A stretch of DNA of 63,967 nt, counting the filler, from Choristocarpus tenellus KU-1152 (taxonomy: Eukaryota > Protista > Phaeophyceae), in assembly GCA_964200185.2 (NCBI GenBank). It is 8 parts of 8 records of this genome, joined end to end, with 100 filler letters (N's around TTAATTAATTAA, not from the genome) between each part and the next. Parts side by side here need not be neighbours in the genome. Positions count along the whole stretch, not along the records: positions 9,233 to 18,499 come from CAXNAD020003828.1; positions 18,600 to 46,965 come from CAXNAD020000125.1; 6 more parts are not named here. One strand, given 5' to 3'. Position numbers and translations under genes: made by a program. This document shows positions 11,884 through 24,642 of this stretch, piece by piece. The notes under the pieces are model-generated. The model was not told where the DNA came from and did no database searches. It saw only the letters and a program-made list of their open reading frames with translations. How positions within the stretch are numbered: the first letter of the stretch is position 1; the number at the start of each line of letters is the position of its first letter.

Positions 11884-12885
11884 ATGTCTCAAACTTCCCC
11901 CCTTCCTGTACCACCTCCTCCGCCAGCTCAGCCTCCAGAAGACCTATGGATCGCGTTCACAGTGATCGATCTAAAAGGTTCAGCAAGCTCTGTCGACCGG
12001 ATGGTGAAGGATGGAACCCAGGATCAAAAGAACAGATGGGGTGGGGTGAAGAGTATCATGTCAACCTTGAATACGGTTGTAGGAGATCGACAAGAACTGT
12101 GAGTAGGTTTTGCCCGCTTGAGTAATCCTCGACTCATACCTTCGCTCCATCTATTCCTGGTGATGCGGCGTTAGAAGGAGAGGGAGACATGTTGTTGTTG
12201 AGGTAGGTTGGGCCAAAAACACTCTTTGCCTCTTTGTTGTATTTTCTGTTGCCAATCGTGGAATTTGGTGTGAACGAATCGGTTGCATTGAAGCATTCAC
12301 ATGATAGTACTTACTCCTTGCCTCTTCCTTGCTTTTGTTCCCCTTGTCGTTTGAGACTCGGCATGTTTTGCTCTCCTTTCGCTGAAACTCGTCCCACCGT
12401 CACCGTCTTGTTTCAAAGAAAACATCACCCTGACCACCTATTCCAACTACTCTCTATGCATTATCTTTGCATTTTCTAAAATATTGCTAGAAGATTGGCA
12501 GTATCTAGGCCCATTGCGCAGTCTCTTTACTGCGATATCTCCCTCTGCTCTCTTACCACTCAACCTCATCTATCCCCACACCGGTCGCAGTATGATCACA
12601 GTCACTATCAATGAGGCGGACTCCCCCCCTAGGGTATTCACGTCGCCTTCCCCAGGGAGTCCTCTCCTCTCTCAGACACTATATCAGTCAGAGCAGGTTG
12701 CCTGGGAGCTGGTGCAGCAGAGCCCGCCCACCTCGAGTGAAGCAACAACACGGGTCGTATCTTCGCAAGGGTGTAGAGAGGAGACGGTTCACTTTTGTGT
12801 ACCTGCAAGAGTGTCTTCTACCCTTACCGGCAAGACCTTGATAGCCGGGCTGTGGCAATGCCTTCCCCGATCTGCCGTAAGACGA
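11884..12885 (+). CDS. First two exons of a hypothetical protein (~11884-12098, ~12591-12885); partial
   Basis: MSQTSPLPVPPPPPAQPPEDLWIAFTVIDLKG...DRQE-CT|gtgagt joins cag|T ATG ATC ACA... (phase 2-2) and ends CGA|gtgagt; no family recognised. Confidence 0.5.
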
Positions 12886-12999
12886 GTGAGTTGAGACTTG
12901 GGACAGGAGTGGTCAAACATGAAACTACTTTGAGATCACATGTACAAGAAGGCTAAGAAATAGCGTGCTGGTTGTGGTCAGAAAGTGCCACAAACTTGT

Positions 13000-15900
13000 A
13001 TTTAGTTGTGGTCAGAGGTAGGGTTGGGGCATGCAGGTATAGGGTTTGGGCGTGTCTTTCTTAGGGTTAGGGTTAGCAAACTGCTAGTATTTTGTGCGGA
13101 ATATGTTTGTTGTTGCACTAAGATATTTCTACACTGAAAACTTTACCGGGCCTGCAATTTGTGACTGAGTACCAATCACAGCTCGTTCCATGGAGTCAAA
13201 ATCTTTTGTTGTAAAGGATGTTTTCTATTAGTTGGGATTGGTGTGTGCAACCTGTGTATGTGATACGGGGGGTGAAGCATGTGGACCTAGAAAAAACTTT
13301 CTACCGTAATGGTATCTCTTGGTCTGTATTGCCCTCCTGGTCATCAACCACCAGCTCCTTCCAGAGAATGTGAAACATTAACACTCTGCTTTCATATGTG
13401 GATCAGATCACTATGATATTGTAATACGGAGTAAGAGAAATCAAAGTAAGGATATAGCAAGAGGAGGCTGAAGCAGTTTCGTGCAAACATTCAGCCCTAA
13501 TAATCTTTACTCAAAGCAAATTTTCTGAAGTACACCGACTACTCCACCCCACAACAAAATGTTACAAGGACGTCCAGTAACTATTGATAGAAAATAGTAC
13601 TATCATAATTTTGTGTGTTCAAGTTCATCTAAGTGTTAAAATGTGTTATGTACACTCCTTCTACCGATCTCTTCTCCACAACCCTTACCCTATCCCTAGG
13701 CCTAACCCTAACCCCCTAATGTCATCATCAATACTAAACATGTTCTGCAGTCGCTGCTTGGGTGGACTACAGTGTCCTGGGATGAACTGCAGGGTCTGCA
13801 GGCCACTTCACCAGGACAGCAGGTGATGTCATGGTTCCCCCTGGGCAGTCAGGCAGCGTGCACGATACGCACAGAAGTGTGGCGTGGGGTGTGTTTTGCC
13901 CTCATATACAAGTAAACACTGCACTGCAAGGAGGGACTCGCGCGCTAGTTTAGGTTTGGGCGTAGATGTTGTTGAACTGGTACCTTTGTTGGTGGGGATA
14001 CATTTGAGCCATATTTCCTCATTGTCCGTATCTGCAAGCAAATTCAATCCGTATCAAGAACTCTTGTCAACTTTTTGTACACATTGCTGCACCATCATTA
14101 ATAGCTCAATGTCTCTCTTCATACATCCTAAGCTTTTGCCATGTCCAATTATCCAGCCCTATCCTTCAGTGGCTTGACCAAGGCCCAAACCATACCGCTC
14201 CTACCTTCCCACCCATTGCTTTGTAATGATCACAACTACAGAGTATTGTTGTGGGAAACCTTATGTTCCGAACCTGAATTTGACGTTGCCTTCCCTAACC
14301 CTAACTTTAGTGCTGTGTTACGACTACTTGAAATCATGTATTCAAGCCTCAGATGCGGTGGGTGCCTTAATAGTTTAGGGTTAGCTTTGGGTTTTTATAC
14401 ATCATCTTGTACTACTACAGAGTAGCCCTAACCCTATCCCTATCCCTAACCCTATATATGGGTCAAGGAACCAATTCTCCATGACTAGCAGGCACTGTTG
14501 ATATCTCCTTGTAGCCCTGATCCCGTCCTCCACTTGAACCCTAGCCCTCACCTCACTCCTTTCAAACCAACACTGTCCTTGATACTGACTAGTCATACGT
14601 TGTATGCATGTATGACATGGATAAATGCGTGTGGCATATATTGGCACATCATTTTTTCATACTTGTATCTCTATAGTACGCTGTCTGCTCCAGAGCCTTT
14701 CAGTCAGAGCGATTTCCCTCCTCGCGGCTCCTGATCTGGAGACTCCCCCCGCAGCCGTCCATGCCGCTGTCCCTAGCTCCCCTGGGAGTTGCCAATCATA
14801 GGAAAGGCCTCTTCAACCCCATGATTGCCTACTTCTCCCTTCTGCAAGAGGGGGACCCTTCCTACTTTGTTGGTGGTGGTGATGTTGAGAGCACCAAAGA
14901 AGGGTGTCTGCACACATCGGTTTTTAAGGAGACATTGGAGCCTAGTGGGACCATTGATCTCGGGACAGGGGGTGAGGATGAGGTTCAAGGTGGTGGGGCT
15001 GTTGGAGGGCGTATTGAAGGATTGGAAGGAGGGATCGCTAGAGGAAATGCCCGTGGTGATCTCCTGTTGGGGTTTAAGTGAGTGGATTTGTTAAGGAATT
15101 GGTCTTGATGATTTGTGCTTGGGGTGGGGAGAGGGGGTGTAGGGTTGGGGTAAGGTTCGGAGTTGGACATGGCGAATGATGCAACCAGTTGTGATTTTGT
15201 TTTCATATCAATGATGGATGTTGCAGTTTGAGGTAAGGTTAGGGTTAGAGTTTGGTTTAGGGTTGGGGTGTTGATGTTGAGGAAGACTAACCCTTTGTTG
15301 TCGAGTCTTGGTGTGGGTTGTTTTGCAACCCACCGCTTACTGTTAAAAATGTCCTGCAGTACCGTGACGTCTTTTGCAATTGTTTCTGACACAAAGCTAC
15401 ACCAACATTAGTCATATTTTGTTTGTAAACCAGCCCTGACTCATCGTTTGCTTCAGCTCAATGCTGTGTTCATTAAGAATGAGGATTAGGTGAAGTGTTG
15501 GAATTGTGTTGGGTTTCAAGTTCTTTTCTAATCTGGTGGAGTGTTAGTTGGGGTTAGGGTTGCTGGTATTGAATAGTAATTGAGATAGGCGTAGCAGCAG
15601 TTTGAAATTAAGACAAAACCGAACACACAAAAGCTAAGTGTGCATGTCTGTAGTAATTCAAAATTCAGTGTCTTTTCTACTTGCTATTAACTATTTTTCT
15701 GGGAGGATAGATTAGGGTTATGGTTATGGATAATGTTAGGGTTAGGAATCGTTTTTGTCAGAGTGACAATGCCAGTGTCAACATCACCCATGTCTGGTTA
15801 TTATTAGGGTTAGGGCTAGGATCCTTGGTGTAGGGTAGGCGCAACAACCTCACCCTTGCTCTTGCCTTATCCATAGCCCTGCCCTGCATTGTCCTGTTGT

Positions 15901-18400
15901 ACAGTGTCCACATAATGACATTACCTTACCCCAACCTGTCCACTTCACCTTCCCAATCACGACCCTAACCCTAAGTGAAAGTTGATTCCAACGGTGATAC
16001 GGTCATGTGGGTTGTTGACACAAGGTAGGTATAGTTTGCGATCCCAGTGATATTCCTCTAACACCACTACTAACCAATGTATCCCCTTCAACCAATTTGT
16101 TCATCATTCAGGGATGTTGACCTAGGGGATGATGGTAAATCTGCTGCTACTACTGGCCAGGGCGCAGCAGTGGACTTGGGACTGGGATCAGGGTCGGGTC
16201 CTGTTGTTAAGATTGAGGATAGCATGCTTCCAGGGGGGAAGAAGTTGCTTGCTTGTCAGGAGATGGCTGTGGAGACGGACTTTGCATTGAAGGTGATGTC
16301 TGGGAGCAGATTGTGATTAGAGTTGTGGGAGGATTGAGGGGATAGGGCTAGGGTTAGGGTTAGAAAGATTACGTAGTGTAGTATATCTTTTGCGAGGTGG
16401 CTTCTGTTGGTGGAATGGAGACTTTGCACTATATGTGGTGTAGTATACTGCTGTCATTGCAAGACACGGCGGTTGGTCTAATGTCTGGTGAAGGTATAGT
16501 TGTGAGGGCTTAAGATGAAGGTTGATGCTACTGATACCTACAGACTGGAGATGAGGTTAAGGTTAAGGATACAGCATTCCTCAGGATGTCTGTTGTAATG
16601 TGGTGTTTGTTGTTGTAGCAGACACTATGGTGGGTTGGAGCAGTGGAGCATTAAGCTACTAACTTTGTGAAGAGGTTACAAGTAGGTATTGGGGTAGGTA
16701 CTGAAGATATAAAGGTGCTTTTTAAGGATGTTTTTGTTTTTAATATGAGGTTGCTGTAGTAGTCTAACCCTAACAGTAAGTTGGTTTTGAGTAGTAGAGT
16801 GTACGAAATTGACTGACACATGTAAAAATTTACGTAGTTATTTGTAACATTTAACTGTTTTATTAGTCGATAATTTAATTGGTTGATCAATTGATGAAGT
16901 AATGGATGAAGTGACCAGGATACGGTTTGGGGATAAGCATAAGGAAGCCCTTACTTAAGATGTATCTGGCAAGGTGTCTCTCTCTCTGTCCTCTTGCAGA
17001 GTTCAGTGCCAAGGTGTGATATGCGATGTTGATGGACTATACCCTACTATAGGGTGGAGGAGAGAGCAAAGTGGTTAGGGTCAGCACTAGAGTTTGTGGC
17101 ATCCCTAACACTAACCCCAACCTTTTTTGCGGTGGTATTGTGTTGGTTTGGATACAGTAAAGTTGAAGTTGCCAGCGAGTTGTTCTGCTATTACTGGTTG
17201 GGTTACAGATACGTACAGTATGTTAGGGGTTTGTCTGAGCATGTAGTGTCTCTTGTCTCTTGGTATATGTTAGTGGAGACTTACTGAAGTGTTTTGTGTA
17301 ACATAGGAGTTAGGGTTAGGGTTAGGGATAGGGCTGGAGAACAGACTGAAGGATTGCTGGTGTTCATGGCTGTGCTCTTATGACCCTGCTTATGGACAAT
17401 GTCACCATCTTCAGCTGTTTTATGTGATCGTGAATTGTATGGAATAGCACTGACCCTTATTGTATTGGCTGGTGTTAGGTTTAGGGTTAGGGGAGCACAG
17501 CACCGCCTGTTATATGAATATATGTTAGGGATAGTGTTAGCTGCTTTTTCAACAAGGCTCCTTGAACGTTGAGGGGCATCACCGGAGGATTCAATGCGTT
17601 TGGGAATAGACTGTTGTACTTCGCCTGATCACATGTTAGTATGAAGTGGAGAGATGAAGGTTTTATATTCCATGAGATGGTGTTCTCACCAAGTGTTTGT
17701 TATGTCAGGTGTGTATAGTGGTTCAATTTAAGGGGTTGGGGCTGGAGTCAGTTTGTGAATAGTTGTAAAATAGTGTACATATGTTTTTTTCCTAGATTTT
17801 TTTTTCTGTTATAATATGTATTGTAATATGTATTGAATGGGAGTGACTGTAGTATAGTAGTCGGTGTCGGTGGCAGTATTTTTTAAAGTTGCTATTAAGC
17901 GTTTGGATAACAAATCATACTATTTTTTGTATATGCCCTTGTTGAGGTATTGTGAAGGATTAGAGTGTGTGAAGGATTAGAGTGTGAAGGATTAGAGCTA
18001 TTCTTCAAATTAGGACAGCTTAAACCAACGTGGTTGAGAAGAGAATGTCTTCTTGTTTTTACTTTGTAGTTGAATTTGGTCTTTTTTTTTTACTTTTTAG
18101 TGTATATTTCTTCTGACATCGCATCAACCTCTTTGATAGAAAGGCAAAATGTTTGGGTTCATTTGAGATCCCAAGGATAATTATTTTTTTTATCTCCTTG
18201 TGACATAATGGTACGGTGTGGATGAGCTGCTGAGTACCGCCCTCTCTGACAGCACTAAAATGCCATGTATGAGAGCTATTTGTGCTCTATTGTTGGTGTC
18301 AAAGAGAGTAAGCAGCTCACTCCGAACTTACCTTTGAAACAGGCGAAGGGCCTCTATCTTTGGAGTACTTGCTGCTCAATCTCTGAATAGGACTGTCTCA
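13000..18400 (-). mobile_element. Heavily decayed LINE-like element(s) with an RNase H-like remnant, studded with telomere-like motifs
   Basis: Minus-strand LQTLQFIPGHC (RNase H L.WVPGH-like, ~13770-13805), strong strand-composition bias, similarity to 3590-3660, no long ORF. Confidence 0.4.
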
Positions 18401-18599
18401 CTATGCAAAAAGAGCCAATGAATCCCCCCCTCCCCCCCCTCCCCTCCCCCCCGGTCCCCCCCCCCCCCCCTCCCCCCCCCCTTCCCCCCCTTCTCTCCCN
18501 NNNNNNNNNNNNNNNNNNNNNNNNNNNNNNNNNNNNNNNNNNNTTAATTAATTAANNNNNNNNNNNNNNNNNNNNNNNNNNNNNNNNNNNNNNNNNNNN

Positions 18600-19240
18600 C
18601 GAAACAATTTGGCGTAGCCTGGATTTAACTTCTCCTTTCCGGCCGTATCCTCCCGCTCCTTTCCCTCCTACCATATGGGTGGCCAGCTCATCCAGGAAGC
18701 ATTCCGCTTGCTTGCCGAGGCGCCCAAACCTTTCCACCACAAAGGCGTTGAGGCTATAACTATTCACATATATATTACTAGAAAAATCCCTAACAAAGTA
18801 AAAGTTGTCGTAAATTGTGAAAGACATAAGTCTATTTACTATTTTACAACCATCTATTCTACATCACTGCCTTCCTATGCCTCCAACCTAGCTTAGTCTT
18901 GTACCCCAGGGTGAGGAGCTAGGGAACCATCCCAAAAATCTAACAAGCCCCTCCATGCCGATCTCCCTGGTGTCTCCAGCTTAAATGCATGAAACGTCGA
19001 GATAGGGCTACTTGCGTTGTGACTGAGACTGTCTGCCGTAGACGGGATTTGACCGCCCCTTTTCTGTTGTAGCTCCAAGTCCCTCTCCCCCCTACCTACT
19101 GCGTGCGTAGCTAGCTCATCCAGAAAACGTTCCGCTTGCTTACGGAGGCACCCCAAACTTTCCATTGCCAAGGTGCTGAATTTATAACTACGAGGGTCAA
19201 AAGATCCCTTGTAGTGGGTGCGCTTTCGCACCTCAGCTGC
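18600..19240 (-). mobile_element. Two fragments of a CRE-like non-LTR retrotransposon C-terminal restriction-like endonuclease (18600-18750, 18990-19240)
   Basis: KRTHYKGSFDPRSYKFSTLAMESLGCLRKQAERFLDELATHAVG and AFVVERFGRLGKQAECFLDELATHMVG match the K..Y...F.P...E..G..G..A..FL..LA RLE motif. Confidence 0.7.
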
Positions 19241-20524
19241 AGCACCAGGTATACCATTGCTGGTGGATGAGTGGGGTAGGTGGGAGGCGGCTTACACTTC
19301 TGTAAACGTAACATCTAGGAGGAGGCCTTTATATGCGCTACAAGTATGTATTAATTTAAGATTATAAGTGCAACTGATATATTAAAATAATATTTGAGGA
19401 ACAGGCGTTGGTTGGACCTGCTCTCAATCGAATCCATTTCCGTGCACCCATAGACAAGTGTATTACGCGCATATTTCTTTGTCAATGGGGACGTTTACAT
19501 CAACATCAATCGCAAGATGTCTTGAGAATATCCCAACAACTTCCCGTTGACCGTCAGAATGATGTGACGTCAGTCACCCATCAAAGACTCAACTCAGGTT
19601 CATCCCAAGAGTTGATGGTTGCGAAACCTTTGGGGTTTGCTGAAGAAATAATCCCCCTATGACACAACTTGTGACTATGAACACCCTCAACGTCTGATTG
19701 AACCCTCCATCCCCATAAAACTTTTTTTAATTATTTTAATACTACCACCTCCTTAGTAGTTTTGAGTTTGTATAAATAACAATAGTTGGTACAAATTAGG
19801 ATTGTACAGTTGTGAAGGGGGGAGATTTCCGACTTACAATTCATGATTATCGGTTCAACTCTCGCCTATAAATCTCGATTAATCTTCTCCTGTGGTGCGC
19901 AGAACGATGAGGGGGGTATTTGTGAGGAAACACTACTATTGTTTATACTATTTTATTATTATGTCCTCTGACATTTTACAGATGTGTCAGAGGAAAAAGC
20001 AATGTAAAACATTATTTGCCTAAAACAATAAAACTTGTAAATATGAAAGACATTTTTCTATCAATTTACTATTTTGCAACCAGCTATGCTGTACCACTAC
20101 CTTCCTGTGCCTCCAACCTAGCTTAGTCCTGCACCCCAGGGTGAGGAGTTAGGGAACCATCCCAACAATCCGACATGCCCCTCCTTGCCCAGCTCCTTTG
20201 TGTCTCCGGCAAAAATGGTCTTGATTTTTTTGAAAAGGTTGCCCAACAAGGTAAAAAACGGCGACCATCAGCATATCGAATGAAATCTCTTGATCTAAGC
20301 TATCGGCATCCGGAAGGGAATACTTTCGGAAAATTATATTGGTAAGGTATAAATTTGACCGAATGTTTTCGCCACAACCTTGAAAATGTTGCGGAATGAA
20401 TTATCACGACCAAAAATATTTTTCCGAAAGAATTCTTTGCGTAAATCAATAAACTAGATCCAGAGTTTAATACTGTTTAATCCACCCAGAGGACACTGTG
20501 ACGCCCAATGACCTCCGAGTTGTC

Positions 20525-20790
20525 GCCTACCCTTCACAGGACACTGTGAATTGAACCCGATAAAGATGATCTGGGGGTGGGCGAAGCACTATGTACAAGG
20601 CCACTGTGACCACACGTTGCCTGGAATGAGAGCCAACATTCCTGTCAGTCTTAAGGAGGAAGGGGGGCTGTCCAAAGTAATTGTGGAGAGGTTCTTGAGG
20701 ATGAGTATTGCTTACCACGTGATATATTCCAACGAGAAAGGCATGGAGTGCACAAATCGAACAAGATATACAAGACATTTAAGTCTCACA
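20525..20790 (+). pseudogene. Tc1/IS630-like (DDE_3) transposase C-terminal fragment
   Basis: GHCELNPIKMIWGWAKHYVQGHCDHT... matches the HCELNPIE..W..AK motif; catalytic E appears as K. Confidence 0.75.
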
Positions 20791-21933
20791 GGAGGCCTGC
20801 ACCTGAAGAATACCTCATTTGACTTGGCATGGATTGTCTGGTTCAGAGGCCTGGCCCCCCATAAGTGGGCCTTAGTCAGCAGGTGACAACATCATATAAA
20901 TGAGAAATAATGGAAAGAGAGAATGGAGAGACAACAATGCCATGTTCTCTGGGTGATGATGGCCTCTTCTGGCGTCAAAATCATCCTTGAATACCCGGTT
21001 CGCGCGCGGACTACTTGGTTCAGGTATGGTCCTGTATTTCTCACGATTACTCCAAGTTGACCAACCAAGACCCATCAAATAAGGTTGAGCATGCTGATGC
21101 GATTACAACGCAGACGAATTTTCATGAAAAAAATTGTTGTTGATCAAAAGTTATGGCATGACAAAGTTGATGCAGGAAGCGACTACCAATACTATATTAA
21201 TGGCACGTTTCTTGAGTTGTGAGGATCTCGAACAGAGATGAGGCTATTTCGAGGATATGATTGCATAAGAGAGGTGTATTATTTGGCGTGTCACTCCTTG
21301 CGATATTAAGAACAATAAATATGAATCGTGCTATGGACAGGTCCCTTTTTGGGAGATGATGTCAGTCCAATCCCAAACCATCCCCACACACAAGTGCATT
21401 ACGTGCACATTTCTTTGTCATTGGTGATGTTCCCATCAAAATCAAACACAGAGAAGTCTTAAGAATTCAGATCACTACTTGTTGACCATCACAAAGATGT
21501 GACGTCACCATCACTTACGATTTTACATATGAACAAAACGTTTTTGAAATATACTACTCTGTAATAGAGTAGTAACGATGTAATAATATAATAATAAATG
21601 TAGATAACGTACAATCAAGAGATAACTAGATTATGTTGTGTGATATTTTCAATAGAAGCCAAACGAAAATATCACAAGGATTTGTGTGAAATTAACAGTT
21701 GTCTGATGGAGAAAGAGTAAAATGACATTTGGTTATCAGTTTATCGCGATTGATTGTTTACTATATTTGTTACCCATTCACAACTTCAACTAATGTGTTT
21801 GACCGAGGAGTGGTTTGAGAACAATCCACAATCCCTTATTCAAAGAAACGCCTCATGAACTCCACTAACTCCTTCCTCAGAAACCTACAAGAATGATGAC
21901 CTTCAACTCATTCGACAGGCCTCCTCCTTCAAG

Positions 21934-24604
21934 ATGATGACAGCACGACCTAATGTTTCTGAGTCTGCAACCCCTCCTTCATCTCAACAATCTCGACCCC
22001 GAGAGGAGAAGAGGATTTCAGGGGTTAGTCTGTTTATGAGTAAGCTACAGAGTTTCGTTGCGAAAACTGGACCTGGACAAAAACTCTTCACCTTCCTTAT
22101 TATCCTCTAAAATGAGCATATCACTTTTTGCTGCCCCAGATTGAGAGAGATGTTCTGGTAGAAGAGCGAAGGCCACTGCTAGACCTGGAAGACGTTGAGC
22201 AGATGAATCGTGAACTCGCGGCCTGCTTCGACGCTCCACCCCCTCCTCCCTTAACCATGCAAGTGAGTCCCTAAGCGGAATTTTGTTCGACTCCCAGATT
22301 TCTTATTCTAATGCATCGCTTCATTCATTTACAAGGCATAGGAACATAATTCAGTGTTGAATGACTAACTTTTACCCTTCACTGCAATACCCCTTACACG
22401 CGATTCGTTGGTTGTACGTGAAAGAAGAGGTACCATAGTCACTCTGATCTAAATTCCATATCCCCAGTATTTTCACACATACTGTGTCCCTGGCCTCGAC
22501 CTATTGTACTTCAGGGAGATCGTCCTCCACAGATGGCGGCCCCAGAGCATCCACCTCAAACTGTGTGTGCTAACTCCTCAGGACAAGCCACAAGGACTGA
22601 CTTCAGCAGTCTGTACTTGCCAGATGATGGGGTAAGCTGCAATTTTTGACCCCAAGCCTTACTACCGAACAAATAATACTCTTTTAAGGGCTTGGGGAGT
22701 TAGGTAAAGGAGAAGGGGAGGAAATAGGGTGCTTTGGTCTTCTTCTATAGGACTATGACTTCATGAGGTGGAGTGGCACAAGTCCTAGTTTTTAGTAGGA
22801 TGTGACAATACTATATTGAAGGTGTGGGTCCACAAGAAGGATACACACTGGCCATTTCTGTCGAAAGCCGATAGTTGGTTGTTGTACATCTGTCATAGTG
22901 CTAATGAACGTTCAGTATATATATATCTCGAAAATGTCACTTACTACACCTGGCGTCTCTGTAATATTGTTTTTTGATGTGGTCCACAAATTAATCTTGC
23001 CCTGTCAATTAACATTCTCCAATTCCCCCTCCTCCCCTTTTGTGTAGGGAACACAGAGGACTCCTGAAGTCGAAAAGCTGACAATAGGTTGTTGTACATC
23101 TGTCATAGTGCTATTGAACTTTCAGTTCATCTCTCGAAAATTTACTAACTACACCTGGCGTCTCTGTTAATATTTTTTTTGATAAGGTCCACAAATTCAT
23201 CTTGCCTTGTCAATCAACATTCTCCAATTCTTCCCCCCCCCCTCTTGTGTAGGGGATGCAGAGGACTTCAAGCCAGCTTTACCCAGCCTTTCTCCCGTCA
23301 GCACCATCAACAGAGGCAATGAGGTCTGAATCAGGAGCAACTTGTGGACGCGCAGCTATGGACTCAGCGACAGCAGTAGTTGCTGCAGCAGCGGCACGAG
23401 CCACAGCAGTACGGGCTGCAGCGATGGAAGCAGCTTCTGGACAGGGGGGGGTAGACCAATCCAGGGGCAGGGAAGCGGCTGGTGAGATGGAGTGAAGGTG
23501 CTATCTGTGGGTTTTGTATGGGCTTGATTTTTGACAAATGACACGAATTGTACTATTCAGGTTGAAGTGGGTGGTTGGCATATATTTTGTGAAAGGGGTG
23601 GATCTGATTCATTGCTTGGCAGTTCTATTTACGTTGTTGCATGAATGAGACTGCAGAAATAGTTGGGGTTTTTTAGACTAGCTCTTAATGATTCAGTGGT
23701 GATACGATGCTGCAGTAGTTTGGGGATTGCGCTATTGAGGGAGAATAGGAGATGTATCCAACTGTTGCAAAATTTGGAAGTTGAACGGACCATCATGAGC
23801 TGACTGCCAGAAGATGAGCACTTGCTGTGGCATAGGTGGTGAAGAGTCTACTTTCAGCAGTTGCAACTTCTCTTTGAGCAACCATCAACCAAACTTTGAG
23901 TGATACTCTGTACACGTTTTGGCTGTTGTGTGTTAAATGCGTCTCATTAATCCCTGTGCAATGCACCCTATTTTGTGTTTTATGAACAATGTAGAAGTTC
24001 ACAAAAACAAAGGTCTCACCGCAGAGCAGGGGCTGGCAAAAAATTTACCCCAATTGTGCAAAGACACTTTTTGCAAAGCACAAGGAGATGTAATTTCCCC
24101 ATCATTTCTAGGGGTCCTTCCAATGCAATTGTGCCCATTTCTCGGTTAGTGTGACCCCTTTGAATAGAGTGGGACACCAACACACCTAAATAACCTGAGG
24201 TGACATGAATCTGGGTTACTTTTACTTCAGATACCTGAACTATGGTCACAACTCACATTCTCTAGTTCCAACATGTAGGTGAGGTTATCATGTGATATCC
24301 CACTGCCTATGTCTGATATTTTTCTTTTCCTTACACATTCTGTCAATAATAAAAATTACTATCAATGTCAAGTAGTAGTTCGGAGACCCTTTTTCTTCTG
24401 TATATTGACTTTTTTCAATCTTCTGGTTATTTCCAACACATTTTCAATGCAAACTGCTATGGTGGCAGGCGAAAGCCAAGTGGAGGTGGTGGATGAACTG
24501 CTTTCAGAGAACGAACGGCTGCGCCTTGTGATCTCTGACTTGACAGATGAGGTGAGTGTGTGTATTTATTGTTTATTTTTTCCTTCTCTTTATGCGATTC
24601 TCAG

Positions 24605-24642
<38 letters not shown>

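Noticed and set aside
19815-19870. tRNA-like B-box (ggttcaactc)
   Set aside because: No convincing cloverleaf pairing; at most a SINE relic.
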